From assembly GCA_964530015.1 (NCBI GenBank), contig CAZGYC010000005.1, positions 39,549 through 103,548 of the forward strand: DNA of 64,000 nucleotides. Direction: 5' to 3'. Under the pieces are notes generated by a model. It did no database searches. It was not told the origin of the DNA and worked only from the letters and a program-made list of their open reading frames with translations. How positions within the stretch are numbered: position 1 is the stretch's first letter; each line of letters starts with the position of its first letter. The position numbers and the translations under genes were made by a program. This stretch comes from an uncultured Limnohabitans sp. (GTDB lineage: Bacteria > Bacteroidota > Bacteroidia > Cytophagales > Cyclobacteriaceae). Below, piece by piece: positions 21,215 through 31,334 of this stretch.

Positions 21215-24200
21215 ATGAGAAAACTTACCCAACCCGCACTTTTCCTGGCACTTGGCATTTCGGTCAGTTTTGCCGCATTGGTTCCCAAGCCCGAAGGAGA
21301 GCTGTTTCCCCTGACAGGAGCGTCCAAGATACCTGCCGACAGTGTGAAAAAAGACAGCCTCGACTACCCAAAATTCAAGGATCTTCCGCTCAAACCTGAG
21401 CGTGAAGTCAAGTTCACCGCAAAAGAAGGAACCTGGATGAGTGTCGATGTCAGTCCAGATGGCAAAACACTTGCTTTTGACCTCATGGGCGACATCTATA
21501 CCGTTCCGATCGAGGGGGGAAAGGCCACGCCGATCACCACCGGAATCGCCTACGAAACCCACCCCAGATTTTCCCCCGACGGGAACAAAATCCTGTTTAC
21601 CTCCGACCGCGCCGGGAGTGACAACCTTTGGTACATCGATACTGCAAAAAAAGACACCATCCAGGTGACCAAAGACAAAAACGGCGAAGTCCCGAGTGCG
21701 CACTGGACGCCGGACGGCGAATACATCATCGTGGCCAAAGGCCGGAGAATCACCAAGCTTTGGATGTACCACAAAGACGGTGGCGGCGGCATCCAACTGA
21801 ACGAAAACCCCACCACGGTCAAGACGATCGATCCTTTTGTGAGCCCAGACGGGAAAAAAGTGTACTTCTCACAGCGAAACGGATCCTGGAACTACAACGC
21901 GCTGTTGCCCCAATACCAAATCGGAACCTACGATTTTGAAAAAGGCGAACTTGCAAGCATTACCTCCAGATACGGATCGGCCTTTACGCCGACACTCAGC
22001 AAGGACGGCATGTGGATGGTGTACGGTACCCGCTGGGAGGACAAGACGGGCTTGGTGCTCAGAAACCTGAAAACCGGTGGGGAAAAATGGCTGGCCTACC
22101 CCGTGCAGCGCGATGAGCAGGAATCCATCGCCCCACAGGGGGTGCTCCCTGCCATGGCCTTCACCCCGGACAGCAAGTTTGTCATCGCTTCTTACGGCGG
22201 CAAAATCTGGAAGCTTCCCGTGGATGGATCAGCGGCGGTCGAGATTCCCTTTGAAGCAGACGTCAAGCTGGCCATGGGTCCACGGCTCTACTTCAACTAC
22301 GAAATCAAAGACACCACCGCAAAGCTCGCCACCCAAATCCGCGACGCGGTTCCTTCCCCTGACGGGAAAAAACTCGCCTTTACCGCGCTGAACAGACTCT
22401 ATGTGATGGACTATCCCGACGGAACCCCAAGACGGGTTACCACCAATGAATTTACCGAGGCCATGCCATCCTGGAGTCCGGACGGCACACAGTTGGTATT
22501 CATTACTTGGGAAGACCAGGCGGGCGGCCACCTCTACAAGGCTTCCCTCGGAGGCGGAGGGTCAGTCACCCAACTGACTGCCGAATCCTCCCTCTACTAC
22601 AGTCCTGTTTGGGGGCCCAACAACAAAATCCTGGTTTACAAAGGATCCAATCGGTTGCTTCAGGAAGCTGAAGGCCCTGGCATAAGCGGTGCCGAGGCGA
22701 TCTTGGCTTGGATTCCCGCATCAGGCGGGCCCTTCAGAAAGATCATGAATGCAGGAAACTACGGAAATCCCCACTTCACCCAGGACACCTCCAGAATTTT
22801 CCTGAACGGTTCCGGGGGGGCATTGCTAAGTGTACAATGGGACGGCACAGACGAGAAAGTACATGCCCGCATCACGGGGATTACACCTTTTGGCTCCGCG
22901 GCCGACCCCCATGCAGACCATGGCCATGCGAGCCCCGAAGAGGCCTCCACGGTCCGCTATGTGATGGGCAAGCCTGTTTCAAATGCAGACGCGGTCAACT
23001 ATTGCATGCTTCCGGAGGGGGCCAATTCCCGTGAGCCGCAGATGATGCCCGCCAGCGCAAGCACGATCTACATGGCCCCCGTTGGCAACAAGGCTTTGGC
23101 CCAAGTCAACAACAACGTATATGTGGTGACCATCCCGACTGCCGGCAAAGTGCCGACCATCAATGTGGCCGATCCTGCTTCCAGCAATTTCCCCTCCCGC
23201 CAGTTGACGGAGATCGGGGGAGAATGGCCAGCCTGGGAGGCCAATGGAAAAAAAGTACACTGGTCGCTGGGAAATGGACACTGGGTCTATGACATCGACC
23301 GAGCCGAATATGTGGAGGACTCAGTGAAAGCAGCCAAAAAGTCAAAAATACTGGCTGATGCGGACAGTGTTTCGGCCTTGAAGGCAAAAGGCGAAGATGC
23401 CGTCAAGCTCGCAGACTCTCTGGCAAAAGCGGACAAAAAACGGATCGATTCGCTTTTCAAGGCCGACAAGGAAAAGTTCAAAGCGGACAGCCTGTTCAAA
23501 GCACAACTGAAAGAAAAGGAATCCTACAAACCGGATGAAAAACAGGTGAAGGTCTATTTCGCCAAAGACACCCCGAATGGAAGCATCCTCCTGAAGAATG
23601 CAAGGATTGTGACCATGAAGGGTTCCGAGGTCATCGAAAACGGGGATATCCTGATCGAAAACAACCGGATCAAGGCCGTGGGTGCCACGGGGACTCTGGA
23701 TGTTGGAAATGCAAAGGTCATCGATGCTTCCGGGAAAACGATCACACCCGGCTTTGTCGATACCCATGCACACATGTGGCCTACCTGGGGCTTGCACAAG
23801 AATACCGTCTGGATCTATGCGGCAAATCTGGCCTATGGAGTGACCACCACACGGGATCCCCAGACTGCCACCACGGATGTCCTGACTTATGGCGATATGG
23901 TGGAGGCTGGTTTGGTCCCGGGGCCAAGGGTCTATTCCACCGGTCCCGGCGTGGGCTACTGGATGTACAACATGAAGTCCCTCGACCAGACCAAAAATGT
24001 CCTCAAGCAGTATAGCAAGTACTACAACACGCAATACATCAAGATGTATCTGGTCGGCAATCGACAGCACCGCCAGTGGGTGATCATGGCCGCCAACGAG
24101 CAAAAACTCATGCCGACCACCGAAGGCGGGCTGGATTACAAGCTGAACATGACCCAACTGTTTGACGGATATCCGGGGCACGAACATGCCATTCCGATCT

Positions 24201-24844
24201 ATCCCCTCTACAGTGACGTGACCCAGACGATTGCCGAAAGCAAGATGGCCTATACGCCGACCCTCCTCGTGGCGTATGGTGGCCCTTGGGCTGAAAACTT
24301 CTACTATACGACCGAAAGCCCCCTCCATGATCCGAAGCTGAACCGGTTTACCCCCTACAACGAAATGAACTCCAAGGCCCGAAGAAGGGCGGGAAGTCTT
24401 GGGGGTTGGTTTGCGCCGGAAGACCATGTATTCAAGAAACATGCAAAAGGAGTGAACTCCATCGTATCGCAGGGAGGTCTTGCAGGCATTGGTTCCCACG
24501 GTCAGTTGCAGGGACTCGGCTACCACTGGGAGCTCTGGTCCGTAGCCAGCGGGGGGATGGACAATCTGGAAGCATTGAAGGTAGCCACCATCCTTGGGGC
24601 CGAGGCACTCGGACTGGACAAGGATCTTGGAAGCATCGAGACGGGAAAGCTCGCCGATCTGGTCATCCTGGACGAAAATCCATTGGAAAACATCCGAAAT
24701 ACGAACACCATCACCCATGTGGTCAAAAATGGCCGTGTGTACGATGGGAATACGCTGGATGAAATCCTGCCTACTCCCAGAAAACTCGACGTGAGCTCCT
24801 GGACCAAGGAAGCTCCCAAGGTGAACACCGCGGTGATTGACTGA
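21215..24844 (+). CDS. Exported amidohydrolase with N-terminal TolB-like PD40 repeats
   Basis: Signal peptide, SPDG repeats, TPGFVDTHAH metal motif, GHEH, GSIETGKLADLVILDENPL. Confidence 0.9.
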   Translation: MRKLTQPALFLALGISVSFAALVPKPEGELFPLTGASKIPADSVKKDSLDYPKFKDLPLKPEREVKFTAKEGTWMSVDVSPDGKTLAFDLMGDIYTVPIEGGKATPITTGIAYETHPRFSPDGNKILFTSDRAGSDNLWYIDTAKKDTIQVTKDKNGEVPSAHWTPDGEYIIVAKGRRITKLWMYHKDGGGGIQLNENPTTVKTIDPFVSPDGKKVYFSQRNGSWNYNALLPQYQIGTYDFEKGELASITSRYGSAFTPTLSKDGMWMVYGTRWEDKTGLVLRNLKTGGEKWLAYPVQRDEQESIAPQGVLPAMAFTPDSKFVIASYGGKIWKLPVDGSAAVEIPFEADVKLAMGPRLYFNYEIKDTTAKLATQIRDAVPSPDGKKLAFTALNRLYVMDYPDGTPRRVTTNEFTEAMPSWSPDGTQLVFITWEDQAGGHLYKASLGGGGSVTQLTAESSLYYSPVWGPNNKILVYKGSNRLLQEAEGPGISGAEAILAWIPASGGPFRKIMNAGNYGNPHFTQDTSRIFLNGSGGALLSVQWDGTDEKVHARITGITPFGSAADPHADHGHASPEEASTVRYVMGKPVSNADAVNYCMLPEGANSREPQMMPASASTIYMAPVGNKALAQVNNNVYVVTIPTAGKVPTINVADPASSNFPSRQLTEIGGEWPAWEANGKKVHWSLGNGHWVYDIDRAEYVEDSVKAAKKSKILADADSVSALKAKGEDAVKLADSLAKADKKRIDSLFKADKEKFKADSLFKAQLKEKESYKPDEKQVKVYFAKDTPNGSILLKNARIVTMKGSEVIENGDILIENNRIKAVGATGTLDVGNAKVIDASGKTITPGFVDTHAHMWPTWGLHKNTVWIYAANLAYGVTTTRDPQTATTDVLTYGDMVEAGLVPGPRVYSTGPGVGYWMYNMKSLDQTKNVLKQYSKYYNTQYIKMYLVGNRQHRQWVIMAANEQKLMPTTEGGLDYKLNMTQLFDGYPGHEHAIPIYPLYSDVTQTIAESKMAYTPTLLVAYGGPWAENFYYTTESPLHDPKLNRFTPYNEMNSKARRRAGSLGGWFAPEDHVFKKHAKGVNSIVSQGGLAGIGSHGQLQGLGYHWELWSVASGGMDNLEALKVATILGAEALGLDKDLGSIETGKLADLVILDENPLENIRNTNTITHVVKNGRVYDGNTLDEILPTPRKLDVSSWTKEAPKVNTAVID

Positions 24845-24858
24845 TTGGTTCCCATCCA

Positions 24859-24905
24859 AATGCAAAAAGAGGCTGCCCGGATTTGGGACAGCCTCTTTTT
24901 GCATT
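24859..24905. terminator. Bidirectional terminator
   Basis: AATGCAAAAAGAGGCTG...CAGCCTCTTTTTGCATT, 17-bp inverted repeat between convergent genes. Confidence 0.85.
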
Positions 24906-24930
24906 CAAGGGACAGGAAGTCGCCGGTTCG

Positions 24931-26049
24931 TCAAAGTCCAAACCGGTACTGAACGCCGGTGATAAACTGCTCCCTGCTTGCCAGAAAGCCATATTCTGCC
25001 CTGACCATGAAATGTTTGCTGAACTGGTATTGCCCGCCCACGATGAAGTTCCACATGTCTTTGGGCCGCTTGTCCATGGAATATTGTACGGTGGAGCTTT
25101 CAATGGTGCTGATCGCCCCGTCAGCGGCTATCAGGATCTCGCTTGCCCTGTCCAATACCTGGTTTGCCTTGTTGTGCTTGGCTTTGTTGACCGGGTTGTT
25201 TTGCTCCGCCTGACTGAGTCCGTTCCACCAAGCGTCCACATTGTTTTGGGCATTTTCCACTTTTTCGAATCCTTCGTCAACTCTTGTACCCAAGGTTCCA
25301 TCAGGAAAAACCTCGCTCAAAGCGATCGATCCGTTCGTTTCCGAGCTGAGGTGTACCCTAAACCCGCCGACCCATACGGTCACGGCCTTTTGGTTTTCCA
25401 ATTTGAAATTTTTCCCAAAACGGGGACCAAAAATAAATGTCTTCGCCGGTTTGGCGAGCTGTGGCACGTCTGTCCAAGCCACATTCATATCCAAAGCCAT
25501 AAATCCCCCGCCGATCCCGATCGTGGGAGTCATTCCCAACCCAAAAGAAGTCGCATTGAACTCCACCAGCGATCCCGCTGTCAGTACCTCCGTATAGTTG
25601 TTGTCCCCGTCGGGAAGCCAAACACCAAAACCGATGTCTGTGGATGCTTGGGACTTGCCCAAAATCCCGTAGATATTCAAGAATGGGAACAGCCAAATAT
25701 CCGGTCTGACGGTCACGGCACTGGCTGTGGCTCTGGCCTTGTTGAACCGGACGATTTCATCCACATTGTACATTTCGCCGCCATTGAATCCAATCATCAT
25801 GTTTTCGAGGATCAGGTCAGATTGCTGCCAAAAATATTGGGCACTTATACCCGCAGAATAGGGAAGTTCAAAACCTGCCCCGACAGCCTTGTCGCCCAAA
25901 ATGGGAAGCACATACGGATATTCGGCCATCTTGATGCTGTCAATGATGTGCTCTTTCTTTTTCCCGACTTCCCTGTTTGAAAAGACCTGAGCTTGGGCAA
26001 AACCCAAAAATAAGGTCAGTCCACAGCCAAGTAGAAGTATCCGTTTCAT
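24931..26049 (-). CDS. Hypothetical outer-membrane beta-barrel protein
   Basis: Signal peptide, amphipathic beta strands, C-terminal GVQYRFGL signature. Confidence 0.7.
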   Translation of the reverse strand: MKRILLLGCGLTLFLGFAQAQVFSNREVGKKKEHIIDSIKMAEYPYVLPILGDKAVGAGFELPYSAGISAQYFWQQSDLILENMMIGFNGGEMYNVDEIVRFNKARATASAVTVRPDIWLFPFLNIYGILGKSQASTDIGFGVWLPDGDNNYTEVLTAGSLVEFNATSFGLGMTPTIGIGGGFMALDMNVAWTDVPQLAKPAKTFIFGPRFGKNFKLENQKAVTVWVGGFRVHLSSETNGSIALSEVFPDGTLGTRVDEGFEKVENAQNNVDAWWNGLSQAEQNNPVNKAKHNKANQVLDRASEILIAADGAISTIESSTVQYSMDKRPKDMWNFIVGGQYQFSKHFMVRAEYGFLASREQFITGVQYRFGL

Positions 26050-26269
26050 AACTAATTTATTTTATTGGTGGCCAAAAATATTGTTCAAATCAAAGGTATG
26101 GGGACAGGCAGCCATAATACATGACGAAAGTCAGTTTCAAACTCATGCAATTTCACAAAACATCCGAGCCCGTGGCATTTCGTCCCGATATCTCCCACAA
26201 GTGGTTTCAAAGGAATTGTTTCAACAAAAATCTCCTTAACTTAAAGCGGTCATCAAACTACTCCAGCGT

Positions 26270-26728
26270 ATGAAAAAACCAGCTATCCTTCTTCTTTTCT
26301 GCCTGACGGTTGCCGCAATAGCCCATGCCCAGCAGAACGATCCCGAAAAACTGCAGTCAGCAGTCGATTCAAAAACCTTCGTGTTTGAGGGGCGCCAGGC
26401 TTCCGGAATGCGGGGAAGGATGATCCAGCTCGATCCGGGCTACACGCTTGACGTAAGTCCCGAAAAAGTGACCGGGGATTTGCCTTTTTTTGGCAGATCA
26501 TACCAAGCCACGCCGGGAAGCACGGACGGGGGGCTGAAATTCGAGTTTTCGGAATTTGACTACCTCGTAAAGCCGCGAAAAAAAGGGGGCTGGGACATCA
26601 CCATTGAGCCAACGGAACAGCAGGATATCCGGTCGATCTTTCTGACCATCCAGACTTCCGGCAACGCCTCCCTTCGGATCACCAGCAACAGCAAGGAAGG
26701 GATGTCCTATTCCGGCATAATCAAATAA
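26270..26728 (+). CDS. DUF4251 domain protein
   Basis: Signal peptide, LPFFGRSY, GNASLRITSN, SYSG. Confidence 0.8.
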   Translation: MKKPAILLLFCLTVAAIAHAQQNDPEKLQSAVDSKTFVFEGRQASGMRGRMIQLDPGYTLDVSPEKVTGDLPFFGRSYQATPGSTDGGLKFEFSEFDYLVKPRKKGGWDITIEPTEQQDIRSIFLTIQTSGNASLRITSNSKEGMSYSGIIK

Positions 26729-26749
26729 CGACCGGAATCCTCTTTTTCA

Positions 26750-27652
26750 TCAATGATGGTGCTCCTCGTCTTCCAGGAGTACACATTCCTCCCGGTCGAT
26801 CTCGGTCTCTATCGTGTAGTGCTCAAACGGATGCTTTTTCATGATCCGTTTGAGCCCGTTTTTCACCTCCAAAAGCTCGTCCAGCGAGACCAGCGGCTTG
26901 AGCTTCACATGGGTGGTGAACACGTGGTGCTCTCCGTCCAGCGACCAGACGTGGGTGTGATGGGTAGATTCCACCTGGGGAATTTCTCGGATTTCGGCTT
27001 CGATTTTGGATTTGTCCACATCGGCGGGTTGGCCTTGCAGAAACAGAAAGACGGTTTCCTGGAGCCTTTTCAGGACATTCCAGAGGATATACATGGAAAT
27101 AAGGAGCGACAGTGCCGGATCGAGGTAGGGGTTGGGGTAAAAGATCAGGACCACCGAAACGATCAACACAGCGGCCCATCCCAGCACATCCTCAATCAGG
27201 TGCCAGGAGATGACCCGCTCATTCAGCGTCTTTCCCTTGCTGAGTTTCCAGGCAGCATAGCCGTTTACAGTCACGCCCAAGATGGCAAAGTAGAGCATTC
27301 CCTGCGCATCGGAATACTCGGGGCTTATGATCCTGAGAATTGCCTCCCGGATCACAAAGACCGAACCCACGATCAGCACGATCGCGTTGATCAGCGCGCC
27401 CAGAAGCGAAAATCGCCTGTACCCAAACGAAAAAGAGTCCGTTGCCTTTTTCTTTGACAGCCGGTCCAAATACCAGGACGTTCCCAGCGAAAGGGAATCG
27501 CCCAGATCATGCACCGCATCGGAAACGATCGAAACGCTGTTCACATACCATCCACCGATCAGTTCGATGATCGTAAAAGCGAGATTTAGGAAAAAAGCCG
27601 TCTTTAGGTTTTTCCCGGATTCGTGGTGATGGTGGTGATGGTCATGGGACAT
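26750..27652 (-). CDS. Cation diffusion facilitator transporter (CzcD-like)
   Basis: His-rich N-terminus, SDAVHDLGD, WHLIEDVLGW, HHTHVWSLDG. Confidence 0.92.
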   Translation of the reverse strand: MSHDHHHHHHESGKNLKTAFFLNLAFTIIELIGGWYVNSVSIVSDAVHDLGDSLSLGTSWYLDRLSKKKATDSFSFGYRRFSLLGALINAIVLIVGSVFVIREAILRIISPEYSDAQGMLYFAILGVTVNGYAAWKLSKGKTLNERVISWHLIEDVLGWAAVLIVSVVLIFYPNPYLDPALSLLISMYILWNVLKRLQETVFLFLQGQPADVDKSKIEAEIREIPQVESTHHTHVWSLDGEHHVFTTHVKLKPLVSLDELLEVKNGLKRIMKKHPFEHYTIETEIDREECVLLEDEEHHH

Positions 27653-27794
27653 TTCCCCAAAGATAGTGGCTTTTCGAAAAGTGTCGAATCCCCCTCCCCT
27701 TCCATTCCATGGGGACGAATGTCCTTTGGAATCGTATATTTAAACCACTCAACTTAGACGGATGAGTTTTTAACCCAAACCTAACCTATTCCCT

Positions 27795-28694
27795 ATGTCT
27801 TCCAGACGCGATTTCATCAAGCAAACCGGGCTGGCGATTTCTGTCGCCAGCCTTGGACTTTCCGGTTTCGGCTTTTCAACCGCAAAACCCTATAAGATGG
27901 GCTTGCAGCTTTTCACCATCCGCCAACCCATGGCCGAGGATCCGGTGAAAACGCTAAAGACCATCTCCAGCTTTGGCTACCAGGATACGGAGATCTACGG
28001 GTACGACGGCCCGGCAAACAAGTATTACGGAATGCCCGCTGCCGACTTCAAGAAAGTCCTGGAGGACAATTCCCTCGAAAGCACCAGCGGACACTACGAT
28101 TTCATCAAGTATTTCAACGGATCTGATGAGGAACTCATGCGCTACACCGATCAGTGCATCGTCGGGGCACACGCCTTGGGGCAGAAGTACATCACCTGGC
28201 CCTGGTTGGATCCCGACTCCCGATCCATCGAAAAGTTTAAACTGCTTACCGACAAGCTAAACCTGGTCGGCGAGCGGGTCAGCAAAGCAAAGCTCGGTTT
28301 CGCCTACCACAACCACGACTTTGAATTCATCGACCACAACGGTGAAAACGGCTTTGACCTCATCCTGAAAAACACCGATCCAAAACTGGTCAAGATTCAG
28401 ATCGATCTCTATTGGGTGGCACATAGCTCTCCGCTCTCGGCTCATGAACTCTTCCTGAAAGCTCCGGGTCGCTTCCCGATGTGGCATATCAAAGACATGG
28501 ACAAAGTCAGCCGCGACTATACCGAGATGGGAAATGGCTCCATTGACTACACGAAAATATTGCCGGACGCCACGCTCGCCGGAATGGAATATTACTACAT
28601 CGAGCAGGGTGGAAACTTTGCCCAAAACCCCATCCAAAGTGTGAAGGACAGCGCGGACTATTTCAAAAAGAACCTGATCGGGTTGTTTGGTTAA
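27795..28694 (+). CDS. Sugar phosphate isomerase/epimerase family TIM barrel, Tat-exported
   Basis: SRRDFIK Tat motif, YHNHDFEF, DLYW, WHIKD, IEQ. Confidence 0.9.
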   Translation: MSSRRDFIKQTGLAISVASLGLSGFGFSTAKPYKMGLQLFTIRQPMAEDPVKTLKTISSFGYQDTEIYGYDGPANKYYGMPAADFKKVLEDNSLESTSGHYDFIKYFNGSDEELMRYTDQCIVGAHALGQKYITWPWLDPDSRSIEKFKLLTDKLNLVGERVSKAKLGFAYHNHDFEFIDHNGENGFDLILKNTDPKLVKIQIDLYWVAHSSPLSAHELFLKAPGRFPMWHIKDMDKVSRDYTEMGNGSIDYTKILPDATLAGMEYYYIEQGGNFAQNPIQSVKDSADYFKKNLIGLFG

Positions 28695-28708
28695 AGGTGG
28701 AAATATGT

Positions 28709-28741
28709 AACTCTCCAAGGGTTCTGAACCCTTGGAGAGTT
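28709..28741. terminator. REP-like palindrome / bidirectional terminator
   Basis: AACTCTCCAAGGGTT ctg AACCCTTGGAGAGTT between convergent genes. Confidence 0.8.
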
Positions 28742-28751
28742 TTGCCTGCTG

Positions 28752-29504
28752 CTACCTGTCCAGCCAATCTTTGAATTCCCCGACTTTTTCACGGCTGATC
28801 AGGATGTCACGGTCAGGGCAGTTTTTGAGTTTCACCTTCAAGCGGCTGTTGGAGTAGGTCAAGACCTCATCGACAGCATCGACCCGGCAGAGATATTTCC
28901 GGTTGAGGCGAAAGAAAACTGCCGGGTCGACCTGACTTTCCACTTGCTCCAGCGTGGAGTCCAGCACAAACTTTTTCCCGGAGAACGTCTGCAAAAAAGT
29001 CACCCGCTCCTCGCTGAAAAAGAAAGCGATGTCTTCTGTGGAGACGCTTTGGATCTTTTCTCCAAAACGTACCAGAAAGCGGTTTTTAAAGCTCTTCTTC
29101 TCCGGTTGGAGCAAGCCTTTCAGCAGTTCCAAATCCAACAAGGGCCGGACTTGGCTGGATTTGAACTTATCCACAGCTCTGGCCAGGTCCGCAGGATCGA
29201 TCGGCTTCAGCAGATAGTCGATCGCATTGACCTGAAAGGCCCGGATGGCATATTGGTCAAAGGCCGTGGTGAAGATCACGGGGCTGGCGACTTTCACCTT
29301 TTCGAAGATCTCAAAGCTGATTCCGTCGGCAAGCTGGATGTCGCAAAAGATCAGGTCGGGAGCGGCATTTTCGGCAAACCAGCGGACAGACTTGCTCACC
29401 GTATCCAGATTTTCCGGGAATTTGGCTTCCGGAAAATGTGGCTTGAGCAGCTTTTCCAACCGGCTGGCGGCCGGTTTTTCGTCTTCGATGATCAGGATTT
29501 TCAT
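28752..29504 (-). CDS. LytTR family response regulator
   Basis: REC (FCDIQLADG) followed by a LytTR domain (FFRLNRKY). Confidence 0.93.
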   Translation of the reverse strand: MKILIIEDEKPAASRLEKLLKPHFPEAKFPENLDTVSKSVRWFAENAAPDLIFCDIQLADGISFEIFEKVKVASPVIFTTAFDQYAIRAFQVNAIDYLLKPIDPADLARAVDKFKSSQVRPLLDLELLKGLLQPEKKSFKNRFLVRFGEKIQSVSTEDIAFFFSEERVTFLQTFSGKKFVLDSTLEQVESQVDPAVFFRLNRKYLCRVDAVDEVLTYSNSRLKVKLKNCPDRDILISREKVGEFKDWLDR

Positions 29505-30571
29505 TGTTGTATAGTCAGTAGGGGCAGCTTGACCAAATACTCATGTTCGGTCTGGGCCACCTCGGGCTGATCTTTGCTCAGCAGGAGATAGCGAGACCGG
29601 ATGTTGTTCATACCAACCCCGGTAGAGGGTTCCGTTTGACTGGATTTGGGTTGGAAGGTATTGCTGATCCACAGCTCTTTTCCTTCTTGGTGAATGTGGA
29701 TAAACAGCGGTTTTTCGGCGGAAGCGATGTTGTGCTTGATGGCATTTTCCAGCAAAAGCTGTAAAGAAAGTGGCGGCAGAAACAGCCCTTTGGGATCGGA
29801 GACTTTGACAGAAAAATTCAGATTTTCCCCGAAGCGGATCTTTTGCAGTTCCAAAAAATTCTGCGCAAAATCCAGCTCCCGATCCAGGGAAACCAGCTCC
29901 TCCTGCTGCACCTCCAATACGTAGCGGTAGATTCGGGACAGTTTTTGGATAAAAGCTGCCGAGCGGTCCGCATCCTCATACACGAGGTTGGACAGGGCGT
30001 TGAGCGAGTTGAACAGGAAGTGAGGATTGAGCTGGTTTTTGAGGCTTTGGTACTGGCTGGCGAGTTTTTCGGAGCGAAGCTGCTCGGCTTCGATGGCCGA
30101 TTTTCGCCACTCCATCAGCCACGAACGGGTGGTGAAGATGGCCATGAAGACCAAGGAAATGCCCAATGGATATTTTGTAAATCCGAGCAAATTTGTCCAG
30201 GGGATTTCTCGGGATGAAAACCCGTCGAGTACTAGATGGTAGCCAAAGACAATGGCAAAGCTCACCATAAAAGAGTAGCTCATAAACAGGGAAACGGTCA
30301 ACAGAAGCCGCTTCACAGGAGAATATACCCATGATACTCTGGGATCCAGAAAGCACTCCACCCGGCTTCCTCCCCAGCTAAGTGCCAACGATACCAAAAA
30401 AGAAAAGATAAAATCCGGAATCATGCTTTTGATCCCATCCCAGCTAAAGAAGCATGAAAAGCAGAACGCTACCTGAATAGACAGCGCAATGGCGAGATTG
30501 ACCAAGATGAATTGCCGGAGGTCATACCAGAGTTTGCTGTGGTGTCTCGGAATTGGCGGGTTTTGGGACAT
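29501..30571 (-). CDS. LytS-type sensor histidine kinase
   Basis: TM helices, LKNQLNPHFLFNSLN, LQLLLENAIKH. Confidence 0.92.
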   Translation of the reverse strand: MSQNPPIPRHHSKLWYDLRQFILVNLAIALSIQVAFCFSCFFSWDGIKSMIPDFIFSFLVSLALSWGGSRVECFLDPRVSWVYSPVKRLLLTVSLFMSYSFMVSFAIVFGYHLVLDGFSSREIPWTNLLGFTKYPLGISLVFMAIFTTRSWLMEWRKSAIEAEQLRSEKLASQYQSLKNQLNPHFLFNSLNALSNLVYEDADRSAAFIQKLSRIYRYVLEVQQEELVSLDRELDFAQNFLELQKIRFGENLNFSVKVSDPKGLFLPPLSLQLLLENAIKHNIASAEKPLFIHIHQEGKELWISNTFQPKSSQTEPSTGVGMNNIRSRYLLLSKDQPEVAQTEHEYLVKLPLLTIQQ

Positions 30572-30679
30572 GTCGGAAGATAATCAAAAACGTTTTTCGG
30601 AAGATCAAGCCGGGAATCAAAAGCCAATCCCCGGCGCAAAACCGGAGACTGGAAGGTTCGTTAAGTATTCGAAGGCGGT

Positions 30680-31324
30680 TTAGTTGCAGGCATTTGCTAC
30701 TTGCTCTGCCTGGGCTTTTCCCCAAGTGGGCAGCAGATAGCCGTCCGTGATTTTTGCCTCTTCGTTGGCGTAAAGTGAGATGGCATTTCTGGCAAGTCCA
30801 CAGGCTTTCTCCGGGCCCGATCCGAAAAACCGCGCCATCCCCTGCTCCATCTGTGCCATGAGCATCAGCGCGCGGGGGTTTTCCCGGTCCAGACTGATCG
30901 CTTTCCCGAAGAGCTGCATGGCTTGGGGACTGAGACTTTGGCCTCGGGACGCAGGATCGAGTGATATTTTCCCCATGACCACATAGCCTTTCATGGCTGT
31001 GATTTCAGAGTTATCCACACTGATTTTCTCGGCTTTTTCGACCAAACTCATCGCCTGATCCAGATATTGATCCTTGTCCACCTCAAAGCGAAAAACCGCT
31101 GTAGTCTGCAAATAGGCGGCATAATAGAGGGGCAGCCACTCTTCGGGCTTGGCTTCGGCGATACGGATAAAGGCATTGGTCACCGCTTGGGATTCTTCCA
31201 GTGTCTGGATGGTTTTCATGGCTGTCACCTGCTTTTTCATCGCGTTTTCATAAGCGGGATCCGCGCAAAAGGCGGAGAAAATAAAGGCAAAAGCCAAGGC
31301 GAGTGTTGTGGATAACTTTTTCAT
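30680..31324 (-). CDS. Exported all-alpha (TPR-like) hypothetical protein
   Basis: Signal peptide, helical pattern, WLPLYY and PTWG motifs; lies within the operon. Confidence 0.75.
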   Translation of the reverse strand: MKKLSTTLALAFAFIFSAFCADPAYENAMKKQVTAMKTIQTLEESQAVTNAFIRIAEAKPEEWLPLYYAAYLQTTAVFRFEVDKDQYLDQAMSLVEKAEKISVDNSEITAMKGYVVMGKISLDPASRGQSLSPQAMQLFGKAISLDRENPRALMLMAQMEQGMARFFGSGPEKACGLARNAISLYANEEAKITDGYLLPTWGKAQAEQVANACN

Positions 31325-31334
31325 AGAACGAGTA

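Noticed and set aside
23310-23540. Lys/Asp/Ala-rich DS-repeat stretch in the amidohydrolase
   Set aside because: A low-complexity linker of a kind common in Bacteroidota exported proteins.
26121-26134. ATGACgaaaGTCAG near-palindrome between divergent genes
   Set aside because: A single imperfect 14-mer, too weak to call an operator without conservation data.
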